Origin: Xanthomonas campestris pv. campestris str. ATCC 33913
GTDB taxonomy: Bacteria > Pseudomonadota > Gammaproteobacteria > Xanthomonadales > Xanthomonadaceae
Assembly: GCF_000007145.1 (NCBI RefSeq)
Contig: NC_003902.1
Span: forward strand, 2,936,497 to 2,968,496
Length of the DNA stretch: 32,000 nucleotides
Reading direction: 5' to 3'
How positions within the stretch are numbered: the first letter of the stretch is position 1; each line of letters opens with the position of its first letter. Under the pieces are notes generated by a model. The model saw only the letters and a program-made list of their open reading frames with translations. It was not told the origin of the DNA and did not search any database. Shown one piece after another: positions 9,374 to 17,912 of the stretch. Made by a program: the position numbers and the translations under genes.

Positions 9374-9405
9374 CCAACCCCACGCATTTGCCGGCGTGGG
9401 GTTGG
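9374..9405 (-). promoter_or_regulatory. Strong intra-operon stem-loop between virB3 and virB4
   Basis: Perfect 12-bp GC-rich arms ccaaccccacgc (9374-9385) and gcgtggggttgg (9394-9405) with an 8-nt loop. It lies 17 nt after the virB3 stop in an otherwise tightly packed operon. On the transcript it is followed by CACUUUGC, only a weak U-tract. Confidence 0.5.
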
Positions 9406-9422
9406 TTAGCAGCTCTATTAGC

Positions 9423-9734
9423 TCATTGACGTTTTCCAGCGGGGTGCTTTCGATATTCGTTGGGACTGAATACCCACATTCCTGAATAGCGCTGGATATT
9501 CCGTACACGCATACGAAATAGCCAGCGCAGCCCAAGCAGCCTGAAGATCATCTCGTCCCGCTTAGCCACTTGCTGCATGACGAAGATGATGACAGGAATC
9601 GTCAAGAGATACCAAAGATTAAAATACATCCCCAATAGGAGCCCACCGCCCGCACCGATGAAAAATGGGATGTAAGGCACTCCCAAAAACATCGCCGGGC
9701 GTGTGCACCCACGGAAAAGCACATCTTTATGCAT
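9423..9734 (-). CDS. virB3: VirB3 inner-membrane T4SS component (103 aa)
   Basis: MHKDVLFRGCTRPAMFLGVPYIPFFI... is the VirB3 signature with one hydrophobic hairpin. Overlaps the virB2 stop by 8 nt. Confidence 0.9.
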   Translation of the reverse strand: MHKDVLFRGCTRPAMFLGVPYIPFFIGAGGGLLLGMYFNLWYLLTIPVIIFVMQQVAKRDEMIFRLLGLRWLFRMRVRNIQRYSGMWVFSPNEYRKHPAGKRQ

Positions 9735-10131
9735 AGTATTGGGCGGACTGAAGCAGCATCATGCTGGAAGTACTGCAATCCTGAGTGCCGTCGCCACCGA
9801 TTACCATGTTGGCAATCTGAGCGGCCGCACCAATCAGAACACCACCGATCAGGATAGGAGACACTTCTGAGATACGCTTGTGCGCAAATGCAATTTGATA
9901 TCCGGCAATCACTACCGCGATCGTAACAACAAGCGCCGAGCCCATATTCAGCAGGCCGTTGACATTGTTAAGAAAGCCACACATCTTTTCACCAGTATCG
10001 CCGAGACCAGTTTCCGTTGCCACGGCCCCGCCAGCGGCGAGCAGCAACGAGGTGAACACCAACGCCTTAAGGGCCTGGGCTCCGATCATCTTGGCATCAG
10101 CCGCCAACTTTTTATCGATTTCGAACTTCAT
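9727..10131 (-). CDS. virB2: VirB2 T-pilin-like protein (134 aa)
   Basis: Long signal or leader region, then two hydrophobic helices (GSALVVTIAVVIAGYQIAF / ILIGGVLIGAAAQIANMVIG). SD aaggag 8 nt upstream. Position between virB1 and virB3. Confidence 0.85.
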   Translation of the reverse strand: MKFEIDKKLAADAKMIGAQALKALVFTSLLLAAGGAVATETGLGDTGEKMCGFLNNVNGLLNMGSALVVTIAVVIAGYQIAFAHKRISEVSPILIGGVLIGAAAQIANMVIGGDGTQDCSTSSMMLLQSAQYYA

Positions 10132-10193
10132 GTCAAACTCCTTGGGAACAGGGGGGGTCTAGCAGCCAGTCCTTGGCAGGTTTTCCATCCTGA

Positions 10194-11027
10194 TTAAAAA
10201 ACAAATGCTGTGTCGGTCTCCTGCGTTGCGGGCACCGGTCGCGCTGGCACCGCGCTAGCGGGCGTCTGATCCCTCCCGGTTGGCCCCTGCTGCATACCGG
10301 CAGGCATTGCAACCCCCCGTCCCTGCCCAGTCGCCTTGACGACATAAAACTCGTCTTCTGCTGAACGTGCCGGGGATACTTGCGGAAGCGGCAGTTGCTC
10401 AAGCGGAGGAGGTGCAAGCATATAGCCCTGCTGTGAATTTCCTGTGCGCCCGGAACTTGAGAGATCCCGAATTCGACGTGCCACAATGGCGTCGGCAAGC
10501 TCGGCAGCTGTTTGATGCAAGGGATTTTCGACACGGACCTTGATTGGGCGACTTGGAAGCACCGCGATAGGCTCACTCCCCGAAGATGCCACCGACTGAC
10601 GAATAGAGGCATAGATCTTCTGGACATAACCATGCTTGAAGCCGGTTTCGAAATTGCCTGAATAATAGCAACTAAACGATTTACCCCAGTTGGCGCCGGA
10701 TCGCGAGTGACATTCGGCTAAAATTTTCGATGCCGCCACGAGGTTAGGGCACTTGGCAAATGCCATCTCATAGCTGGTTAGCCCATATTTCTGCAGGTTG
10801 TAGCGATTGACTTGACCAAGGCCTAAGGAAAAGTTGTAGCCCTTCTGCTCAAGCATCTTCGCTGTGGCCACCGCTTCTTCCAAACCACGCGGTTCGCGTG
10901 CCAGACGGCCGCCAACGACACCAATGGCGTACGGATTGCGGGAAGACTCAACGCGCACGACATGCTGCATGACCTCGCCGGGTACGGCAAGTCCAGTACA
11001 TCCCATCAATTCCATGCCAGGCAACAT
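10194..11027 (-). CDS. virB1: VirB1 lytic transglycosylase (277 aa)
   Basis: SLT-domain motif VVRVESSRNPYAIGVV with a catalytic Glu, followed by a Pro/Ala-rich C-terminal region. Confidence 0.9.
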   Translation of the reverse strand: MLPGMELMGCTGLAVPGEVMQHVVRVESSRNPYAIGVVGGRLAREPRGLEEAVATAKMLEQKGYNFSLGLGQVNRYNLQKYGLTSYEMAFAKCPNLVAASKILAECHSRSGANWGKSFSCYYSGNFETGFKHGYVQKIYASIRQSVASSGSEPIAVLPSRPIKVRVENPLHQTAAELADAIVARRIRDLSSSGRTGNSQQGYMLAPPPLEQLPLPQVSPARSAEDEFYVVKATGQGRGVAMPAGMQQGPTGRDQTPASAVPARPVPATQETDTAFVF

Positions 11028-11072
11028 AACGGTTTCCTCGAAACTGGATCGACGTCAATCATTGGCGGCCGA

Positions 11073-12131
11073 TCAGCCGCCACGCAGTGTTCTTGCCGGA
11101 TCGAAGTCGATCCCAGTAATAAAGCGGCGCCCAGCATGCGCCTTGATGTGAACCACGATATCGATGGTCATGCGCAGCAGCCGCTTGATAACCTCGAACT
11201 CCAGCCCGGAACCTTCATTGGAGGCCTTCACCATGAGCGCGAGCTGGTCCCAGGTCTGTTCCACGCTGCCTGCGTGGCAGCTGGTGATTGAACCAGGATG
11301 GCCGGATGCACAATTGCGGATGAAATAGAACGATTCGTCACCACGCAACTCAGCAAGGATGATCCGATCAGGCTTCATGCGCAGGCAGGCCTCCATGCAA
11401 CTCTTAGCGGTCACATTACTCGCACTCTGCCCCCCTTTCGAGTACAACAGATGCACCGAATTCGGCTGGCTGATGAATAGCTCGCGGGCGTCCTCGATGG
11501 TAACCAGGCGTTCTTCGTTCGGAATGTGGTTGACAAGAGCCTTCATGAAAGTAGTCTTGCCACTACCAGTCGCACCGGCCACCACTACATTCTTCTTGTA
11601 AAGTACCGACTTCTTGAAGAATTCGGAGTACTGCTTGCTACGACGCAACTCAAGCAGTTCGCGGTCTTGTTCGCTGACATCCGCAGCTTGCTCAAGCACC
11701 TCGTCGAAGAACCCGTCGCTGGTGTACTGCTCGAGCGTCTTGGTATGTTTGGACGGCAAGCGAATCGTGATCGAGACCTTCCCCGCATCGCACGCGGGCG
11801 GAATTACGAACTGTGCGCGTTGGCCAGTGGGAAACGTTAATGAGACCACCGGATCGGCATCGGTAATGCGCTGACCAGTATTGCTCTCGTTGACGACTGC
11901 CGTGCAGAACTGTCGGGCGCGATCAAAGGTCAGCGACGGTACCTCCATGCGCTGCCAGCCGTTGATCGTTTCCAAATACAACTCGCCAGGACGATTGATA
12001 CAAATTTCCGTGACTTCGGGAGAATTCAGATAATCCAGGATTCCCAGTACGGAGTACTGATAATCCAGGAAATCATTCGAGATCCGCGCTGTCGGCGAAT
12101 CGTCGATCGTCATGGCCGTGGTCGCGCTCAC
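11073..12131 (-). CDS. virB11: VirB11 traffic ATPase (352 aa)
   Basis: Walker A GATGSGKTT, plus ILAELRGDE and GHPGSITSCHA motifs of VirB11/GspE-like ATPases. 4-nt overlap with virB10. Confidence 0.95.
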   Translation of the reverse strand: MSATTAMTIDDSPTARISNDFLDYQYSVLGILDYLNSPEVTEICINRPGELYLETINGWQRMEVPSLTFDRARQFCTAVVNESNTGQRITDADPVVSLTFPTGQRAQFVIPPACDAGKVSITIRLPSKHTKTLEQYTSDGFFDEVLEQAADVSEQDRELLELRRSKQYSEFFKKSVLYKKNVVVAGATGSGKTTFMKALVNHIPNEERLVTIEDARELFISQPNSVHLLYSKGGQSASNVTAKSCMEACLRMKPDRIILAELRGDESFYFIRNCASGHPGSITSCHAGSVEQTWDQLALMVKASNEGSGLEFEVIKRLLRMTIDIVVHIKAHAGRRFITGIDFDPARTLRGG

Positions 12132-13309
12132 TTAGGCAGCACCGCTGAGAAATCGACATCCTTTGCAACGTAAACGTTCAGGACTGTTCCCTGATTGATC
12201 GTCAGCGTTGCCGGGCGACGACCTGACTTTTCCATGGCCTGCTGTGCAAGCTGCTGCATGCTCTCTGCAGTGTTGCTCTCGAATGGCCTCTGCGTAACGA
12301 TCCCGGAGCCAACGCCAATAGTAGTCGTCTCTGGACCGTATTCTGCAGCGGCGTATTTGAAAGCATCGCTTAAAAGGCTAATAAACAATGCCGAGGCGAT
12401 CTTGTTGCCCCAGTGGGCGTTGTAGTCGCCAGGATGACCAGCGCTGCCCAGCGTGTCGATACCTGGACCCATTAGAGTGACATCAAGGCCAGTGGGCGTG
12501 GTCACCCGGTCCCAAACAACCTGCAGACGCTGGGTCGTTGGCTCACCCGCGCCGTATTGACCCAACATTTTTGAGCCCTTGGGTAACAACAGGTTGTGCC
12601 CATTGATCGAGTATACAGGCTCGGTAACGATGCAGGACGTATAGCCACCGAAATCCGAAATGATCCGCGTCTCCAGAATACAACGGATATAAGTGCCACG
12701 TACGAGCAACCCATCAGGATTGCTAATCGGCTTGGCCAACGTCACCTGTTCCTGTTCTTGGCCCCTAGGCTGAGCACTAGGTTCGCCCGGCAGACCGGGA
12801 CCATCAGAGCTGCCAGCAGTAGCGGACTGCTCGGCCAGAATGCGTCGCTCCAATAAGGTCGGACCCCGAGGCTGCTGAGGAGCGGAAGCTACGATCTCGC
12901 TTTCATCGGTAGGCATGGGCGGCAAAGGAGGCAAACTCGGCTGCTGAGCTAAAGGCACCGGAGCCATCTCGACAGGCGCGGTCATGCTCTGTGGCAGCGC
13001 CGGTGCGACAACCGTTTCGGTGCGAGGCTTGACCGGTGCAGAGTCTTCAGAACTCCGATTTGCCAACCAGAAAATAGCCAAAAGCAGTAGCCCGGCAAGC
13101 AACGCGAGGAACACCAGCGCCTTCCGGTTCAACCGCTTCATATCGCTAGAACGCAGCACAGGCTCATTCGCATCCAGATCCGGCTCAGCAGCCGCCTGCT
13201 GGCGTGCGAAATATGGATTGTTACGCTCATCGTGCTCGTTTGTCGCTGGCCCGTCCGATCGATTGTCCCGGGAGCGTTCTTCGGGGCTGTTTGGAATGTT
13301 TGAGTTCAC
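12128..13309 (-). CDS. virB10: VirB10 (393 aa)
   Basis: Cytoplasmic N-terminus, a TM segment (ALVFLALLAGLLLLAIFWL), a Pro-rich linker (PSLPPLPPMP) and a TrbI/VirB10 C-terminal domain. Confidence 0.9.
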   Translation of the reverse strand: MNSNIPNSPEERSRDNRSDGPATNEHDERNNPYFARQQAAAEPDLDANEPVLRSSDMKRLNRKALVFLALLAGLLLLAIFWLANRSSEDSAPVKPRTETVVAPALPQSMTAPVEMAPVPLAQQPSLPPLPPMPTDESEIVASAPQQPRGPTLLERRILAEQSATAGSSDGPGLPGEPSAQPRGQEQEQVTLAKPISNPDGLLVRGTYIRCILETRIISDFGGYTSCIVTEPVYSINGHNLLLPKGSKMLGQYGAGEPTTQRLQVVWDRVTTPTGLDVTLMGPGIDTLGSAGHPGDYNAHWGNKIASALFISLLSDAFKYAAAEYGPETTTIGVGSGIVTQRPFESNTAESMQQLAQQAMEKSGRRPATLTINQGTVLNVYVAKDVDFSAVLPK

Positions 13310-14073
13310 TTTTGCTTGTTCCTTCGCAGACCAACGACGTTATCGCCATGACGAACCACCAGAAAAGGATAGGTTCCATGCACGATCAAGGTATTACCCT
13401 CAACAGTCGTATTTACGAGAAAATCCTCGCTATGCTCCTTCTCCCGAGCAAACACCGCTGGAAAGTTACCCGTAGGGAATCGCGTTAAATCCATATTTAT
13501 ATAAGTGAATTTACCATCATCATAGACACGACTTGGAACCAGCCAGGACTTCTTGGTCCGCGTGGCGTAATCATAATCGTAGTAGTAAAGACGATCTTTG
13601 AGAATCTTCGCGTTCAACAGCGGACCATTCTTTGCGGCAGCGGCATCCTCACCATTGTTAAAGCTGGTATCTTTTGGATAACTGAATACAACCTTGTATT
13701 GCACGCCGGCCTGCTTAGCCTGCTCTAGGCGCTGCCAATCGGTCGCCACAACCTTGAGTTCGAGAATATAAGAATGCGTAGCCGTACGAATCATCATATT
13801 CGTATCGACATCTACATTCTTGGGCTTCAAATAAAATACATTTTCACGGCGCGTCAACTCCCAGCCACCAGTAAAACCAGTGCTGTAATCGAGAATCTTC
13901 TCATTTGGACTAAGTTCGATCTGGGTTGTAATACCCAGACCAGTACGCACTTGGTAAATGCGATCAGGCGTGTACTCATACTCTTGCACGACTTGAGAGG
14001 CGACCGGAAATGCACATAGCACGAGCGGCAATGCTGCGACCAATGCTGCCCTGTAAGGGTTAAAGGGATTCAT
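13306..14073 (-). CDS. virB9: VirB9 (255 aa)
   Basis: Signal peptide (ALPLVLCAFPVASQ) and a CagX/VirB9-type sequence (YTPDRIYQVRTGLGITTQIEL). 4-nt overlaps with virB8 and virB10. Confidence 0.9.
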   Translation of the reverse strand: MNPFNPYRAALVAALPLVLCAFPVASQVVQEYEYTPDRIYQVRTGLGITTQIELSPNEKILDYSTGFTGGWELTRRENVFYLKPKNVDVDTNMMIRTATHSYILELKVVATDWQRLEQAKQAGVQYKVVFSYPKDTSFNNGEDAAAAKNGPLLNAKILKDRLYYYDYDYATRTKKSWLVPSRVYDDGKFTYINMDLTRFPTGNFPAVFAREKEHSEDFLVNTTVEGNTLIVHGTYPFLVVRHGDNVVGLRRNKQK

Positions 14074-15113
14074 CGACCGCTTGCTCCATTGACATTGTTC
14101 GGCATCCCTTGAGGTTGAATCGTGGGCTGAGCTTGAGGTTGGCTGGCTGACTGAGGTTGCGCCTGTCCAGGATATCCAGGCTGCTGCTGTTGCATCGGCG
14201 CGCTCCCTGGGCCCGTAGGCATAACCTGCTGCATGGGGGAGCCGGCCTGCCCCGCAGCGCCTGCTACGTTTTGTTCAGCCATGCCTGGAGTCATCTGCTG
14301 CTGATATACGGAAGCCTGTGGTGCAGCCTGCGCCTGCGTGCTGATTGAGGCCGGCGCTGCAGGCAAGGCCGAATAGTCGCTATCGACCCGATAATCAGTC
14401 ACACGGAAACCTAAAGGATTTTCCACTCTAAGGCTATCGCTCATCTGCAGATTGTCTTGGTAGGCGAACCCCATCGTCGCAATTTTATTATCTAACAAAG
14501 TTGTCACAGTAGATGTCTTGTCATAGACATTGCGCTGAAAGCGTACGGTCGCACCCGTGTATGCTTTACCCTTGCCACCAACCAGGGTGATACTGAGAAT
14601 ATTGATCCGGATTGCGCGCGACCTTCCATATGTATTGAAAGGTCTCAGTGGATTATTGCCGGCATGCAGCGTGCGATACTCGGCAAGTACATTTGTCGCT
14701 GCCATCGCTGCAACGGTGTTCCAATCGCGATCACCAATGGTGGACACATCGAATGATTCACGCGCCAGGATGAAACGCGCGATGTTGCTGCGCGCCAATG
14801 CCTCACTGGTGCTGATGGTGCGGCCGCCGTAATTCGCTTCGAGCTTGGCGATAGTACTGGTACCAGAATAAGCATCAGCCATCACAAGGTACGGCACTTT
14901 CTCTTTCAGCGGCAACATGTAGTAGTAACCACCAGCTGTTATGACGGTGATTAACATGGAAACGGTCGCAACTAACCATGCGCGCCTTTCACTGCGCCGC
15001 GCGAGATCAGCGATGCTCACCTCGTAATTGACCGCCTTCTGGACGGCCGCGCCAACCTGGGCGGACCCATCCTTTTCACTGACCTTCTTACGCAACATGT
15101 CTAGATCCGTCAC
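14070..15113 (-). CDS. virB8: VirB8 with a roughly 100-aa Q/P-rich C-terminal extension (347 aa)
   Basis: N-terminal TM (AWLVATVSMLITVITAGGYYYMLPL) and a VirB8 periplasmic domain up to about ..FRVTDYRVDSDYS. Then a low-complexity tail ...QQQPGYPGQAQPQSASQPQAQPTIQPQG.... Confidence 0.9.
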   Translation of the reverse strand: MTDLDMLRKKVSEKDGSAQVGAAVQKAVNYEVSIADLARRSERRAWLVATVSMLITVITAGGYYYMLPLKEKVPYLVMADAYSGTSTIAKLEANYGGRTISTSEALARSNIARFILARESFDVSTIGDRDWNTVAAMAATNVLAEYRTLHAGNNPLRPFNTYGRSRAIRINILSITLVGGKGKAYTGATVRFQRNVYDKTSTVTTLLDNKIATMGFAYQDNLQMSDSLRVENPLGFRVTDYRVDSDYSALPAAPASISTQAQAAPQASVYQQQMTPGMAEQNVAGAAGQAGSPMQQVMPTGPGSAPMQQQQPGYPGQAQPQSASQPQAQPTIQPQGMPNNVNGASGR

Positions 15114-15223
15114 CGTGAGGCCTTGTCAGGCCTGAAACTATTGCCGCGGCAAGCGCGGGCACCTTTGGGGCTTGAGTTACTTCATCACTCTGCGAGGTGC
15201 GCAAGTGCATCAAGCGGAGCTCC

Positions 15224-15643
15224 TCAGAGCTTTGCTCCTGTAGATACGGGGACGGGCTGAACCAACAACTTGTTTGCAGATACCGATACCGAGACACCCT
15301 GAGCTGCATAGATCGCGCTCAGCTCAGTAGCTGCCTGCTGGACGCTGGTGGTGCTGATGTTTGAAACCGGCGCAATTAGGGTGTAGTCTGAAGGCAAGTT
15401 GTATGACAGCTGCATATTGGAATCTGCAGCCCACCGCTCAAGCATTGTTTTCAAGGTGCCGTCCATCGGCGTTGCCTGATAGGTGTACGAGGTATAGAGC
15501 GGAATTTCGGTGGGAGCCTCGTCAAAATGATTGACATGCCTCCAGCGCCCGCCGAAATCAGGAGCAGGCTTGGTTGCGCATGCGCCCAGCACGGCAACTG
15601 CTACGAGGACCAACGACAGCTTGGACACAAACATCGGATTCAC
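15224..15643 (-). CDS. virB7: VirB7 lipoprotein with extended C-terminal (N0-like) domain, 139 aa
   Basis: Lipobox VLGAC followed by ATKPAPDFGGRW.HVNHFDEAPTEIPLYTSYTYQATPMDGTLKTMLERWAADSN... I recognise this as nearly identical to X. citri VirB7 (XAC2622). GTG start with SD ggagagg 7 nt upstream. An ATG 9 nt downstream is an alternative start. Confidence 0.9.
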   Translation of the reverse strand: MNPMFVSKLSLVLVAVAVLGACATKPAPDFGGRWRHVNHFDEAPTEIPLYTSYTYQATPMDGTLKTMLERWAADSNMQLSYNLPSDYTLIAPVSNISTTSVQQAATELSAIYAAQGVSVSVSANKLLVQPVPVSTGAKL

Positions 15644-15828
15644 TCAAACCTCTCCAACTCATGAAATTCGGGCGTAGCCCAGGCAGCACAAGGCCTCCGT
15701 GCACCATCAGGCGACGAAGGCAATTTTTGACAAGAGAAGATATAGCCACTCCCCGCGCTCAATCGCTGCATGGCGGCAAGGCTAGATATAACTAATTGAG
15801 AATCTGGACCCACCACTGAACCATCCAT
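15640..15828 (-). CDS. Candidate 62-codon small ORF inside the virD4-virB7 leader (hypothetical)
   Basis: ATG preceded by aaaggag with a 5-nt spacer. Its TGA overlaps the virB7 GTG (GTGA). No recognisable motif, so coding status is unproven. The longer 91-codon version in the ORF track lacks an SD. Confidence 0.25.
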   Translation of the reverse strand: MDGSVVGPDSQLVISSLAAMQRLSAGSGYIFSCQKLPSSPDGARRPCAAWATPEFHELERFE

Positions 15829-15962
15829 AGTCACTCCTTTGGTGTCGTCCGACACCTTCCCCACTGCACTTTTACGACTTGTAGCGAAACATAACTTTGC
15901 CCTTAACAGGCACATGAGTCAAGCATTCCCTGCCATGCGTTGTAAGAGTTAGGTGGTGCAAG

Positions 15963-17636
15963 TCAAAATTTGATGGTCAAGGTCGCCACGCCCACCTTAG
16001 GCAACAGCCGGACAGTGAAGTACCGGTCTTCGTAGTAGCGGATCTTGTCGCACTTCACCGGGTGCGGGATTCCTTCGTATAGGAAGACTTCCTTCTCGTT
16101 GCCCATGGCCTTGAGCTCCTGCGGCAACATCAGCGCCCGGCGCTCCTCGGAAACGCTATGCGTCGTCTCACGCCCTCTGGTGACGTTCTTCTTCTTGATG
16201 GTGGTGTACCCCAGCATCTCGGAGTAGTCATTCGCGTCCTGCTGCTCACGCGGGGCGTAGAGGATCTGCAGGGCGTGGTTGGTGATGATGGTGCGCGAGA
16301 GGTCCTTGCCGTAGGTGGCGTCCAGCTGCGCCATGCTCTGGATGATGGGCAGCAGACGGATGTTGTAGCCGGCCATGTAGGCCACGGCAGTGGAGATGAT
16401 GTCCACCTTGCCGATCGAGGTGAACTCGTCCATCAGCAACAGGCACTGGTATTTGAGCTCAGGGTTGGCCTTGGGTAGTTCGCGGGTGTTGAGGTTGATG
16501 ATCTGGCTGAAAAGCAGATTGATGATCAGGCGGCTCTCGGCCAGCTTGTTGGGCTGGATGCCGATGTAGATGGTCATCTTCTTCTTGCGCAGATCCGTCA
16601 GCAGGAAATCGTCGGCGCTGGTAGCAGCGTCCAGAACGGGATTGATCCAGGCGTTGAGCGGCTCTTTCAGGGTGCCCATGATGGAGGCGAAGGTCTCATC
16701 CGCCTGTGACAGCATGTTGGCAAACGCCGACTTGGCGTTGCTGCTGAGGAACCTGCGTTCGGACAGCGACTTCAGATATTTCTTGAGGTCGGTGCCGTCA
16801 CCCGACGAGAGACGGTAGATTCCGCCCAACGTAGGCGCCCCTGCCCCGCCCGGGAAGCCCAGTGACAGCTCCTCGTCCCAGTTTTCGAACAGATAAAGAG
16901 AGAACGCCATGAACGCGTTGCGCGCCTGGCTGACCCAGAATTTCTGATCGTCGGAACCGTCCGGGTACAGCATCGCGGCGATGCTCATCAGATCCGAGAC
17001 GCGGAAGGCCGGATCGGCCGACACGTAGGTGAGCGGGTTCCAGCGGTGCGTGCGGCGATCTTCCGCAAACGGATTGAAGAGAAAAACCTCGTGCCCCTGG
17101 CTGGCACGCCAGCCGCTGGTCAGATCGAAGTTTTCCTGCTTGATGTCCAGAACCACCACCGATTCCTGGTACTCGAGCAGATTCGGAATGACCACGCCCA
17201 CGCCCTTACCGGAGCGCGTCGGCGCGGCGAGGATGACGAACTGCTGGCCACTGAGCCGGACCAACTTGCCATTGAACTTGCCGACTACGATGCCATTCGG
17301 GCTTGGTTTGAACAGCCCATGCTTGGAGAGGTCGGCAGCGCCCGCAAAGCGCGCGTCGCCATGCAGCGCCTTCTGCTTGGGCTTGACCAGCAGCACCATG
17401 CCGATTGCCCAGACGATCCCCGGCAGGCCGAAACCGAACGCCCCAGCCAACTTGATCTTGGTCACGTACGGCGCAACCTCCGGAAGACCCATGGCGCTGA
17501 CGTAGCGATAGTAGGTGTCCCACGCGTACAGCTTGGTATCCAGCCGCAATAGCAGCAACGTCAGGTAGCCCGACAGGCAATACCCGATGAGCATCGTCAC
17601 CACGGTGGCGATTGCGGCGATTTTGAGCTTGGACAC
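15963..17636 (-). CDS. virD4: VirD4 type IV coupling protein (557 aa)
   Basis: Two N-terminal TM helices, Walker A APTRSGKGVG and Walker B LLLMDEFTSIG. GTG start with SD gggagaaggg. Confidence 0.95.
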   Translation of the reverse strand: MSKLKIAAIATVVTMLIGYCLSGYLTLLLLRLDTKLYAWDTYYRYVSAMGLPEVAPYVTKIKLAGAFGFGLPGIVWAIGMVLLVKPKQKALHGDARFAGAADLSKHGLFKPSPNGIVVGKFNGKLVRLSGQQFVILAAPTRSGKGVGVVIPNLLEYQESVVVLDIKQENFDLTSGWRASQGHEVFLFNPFAEDRRTHRWNPLTYVSADPAFRVSDLMSIAAMLYPDGSDDQKFWVSQARNAFMAFSLYLFENWDEELSLGFPGGAGAPTLGGIYRLSSGDGTDLKKYLKSLSERRFLSSNAKSAFANMLSQADETFASIMGTLKEPLNAWINPVLDAATSADDFLLTDLRKKKMTIYIGIQPNKLAESRLIINLLFSQIINLNTRELPKANPELKYQCLLLMDEFTSIGKVDIISTAVAYMAGYNIRLLPIIQSMAQLDATYGKDLSRTIITNHALQILYAPREQQDANDYSEMLGYTTIKKKNVTRGRETTHSVSEERRALMLPQELKAMGNEKEVFLYEGIPHPVKCDKIRYYEDRYFTVRLLPKVGVATLTIKF

Positions 17637-17669
17637 GCGCCCTTCTCCCTGGCTTGCTTCTGTCAGCGT

Positions 17670-17912
17670 TTAGCGACGAATAGTTGACTTGTGATCCAGC
17701 GTGTCGGACTTGCGCCCACCGCCTTCGCTTTCGACCAGTGAGTCGATCCAGACTTTGGCCTGATCCAGCGAGAGGTCGGGCGTCAAGCGCGTGCCCGCGT
17801 CCGTGACAACTGCGTAAGCCACGACGCTGTCAGCGGCATAGACCTCTTCACGCGTGATGGCCACAACGCGATAGCCCCCTCTGGTCAGCACGGTGTGCTG
17901 GTACTCGTCCAT
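17670..17912 (-). CDS. Hypothetical 80-aa protein, first gene of the virD4 transcription unit
   Basis: ATG preceded by ggaaaggaag. Ends 33 nt before the virD4 start on the same strand. GC-rich codon usage like virD4. No motif I can recognise. Confidence 0.5.
   Translation of the reverse strand: MDEYQHTVLTRGGYRVVAITREEVYAADSVVAYAVVTDAGTRLTPDLSLDQAKVWIDSLVESEGGGRKSDTLDHKSTIRR

Noticed and set aside
9320-9535. 71-aa ORF spanning the virB3 3' end and the virB3-virB4 gap
   Set aside because: It overlaps virB3 out of frame and is built around the hairpin sequence. No SD is visible, so it is most likely spurious.
10151-10157. G7 homopolymer (C7 on the transcript) between virB1 and virB2, considered as a slipped-strand phase-variation tract
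   Set aside because: It is intergenic and lies upstream of the virB2 SD, so length changes would not shift a reading frame or the SD-to-ATG spacing. The tract is also short.
10133-10633. 166-aa ORF overlapping the virB1 3' half in another frame
   Set aside because: virB1 has clear SLT motifs in its own frame. The overlapping ORF is Arg/Pro/Cys-rich noise.
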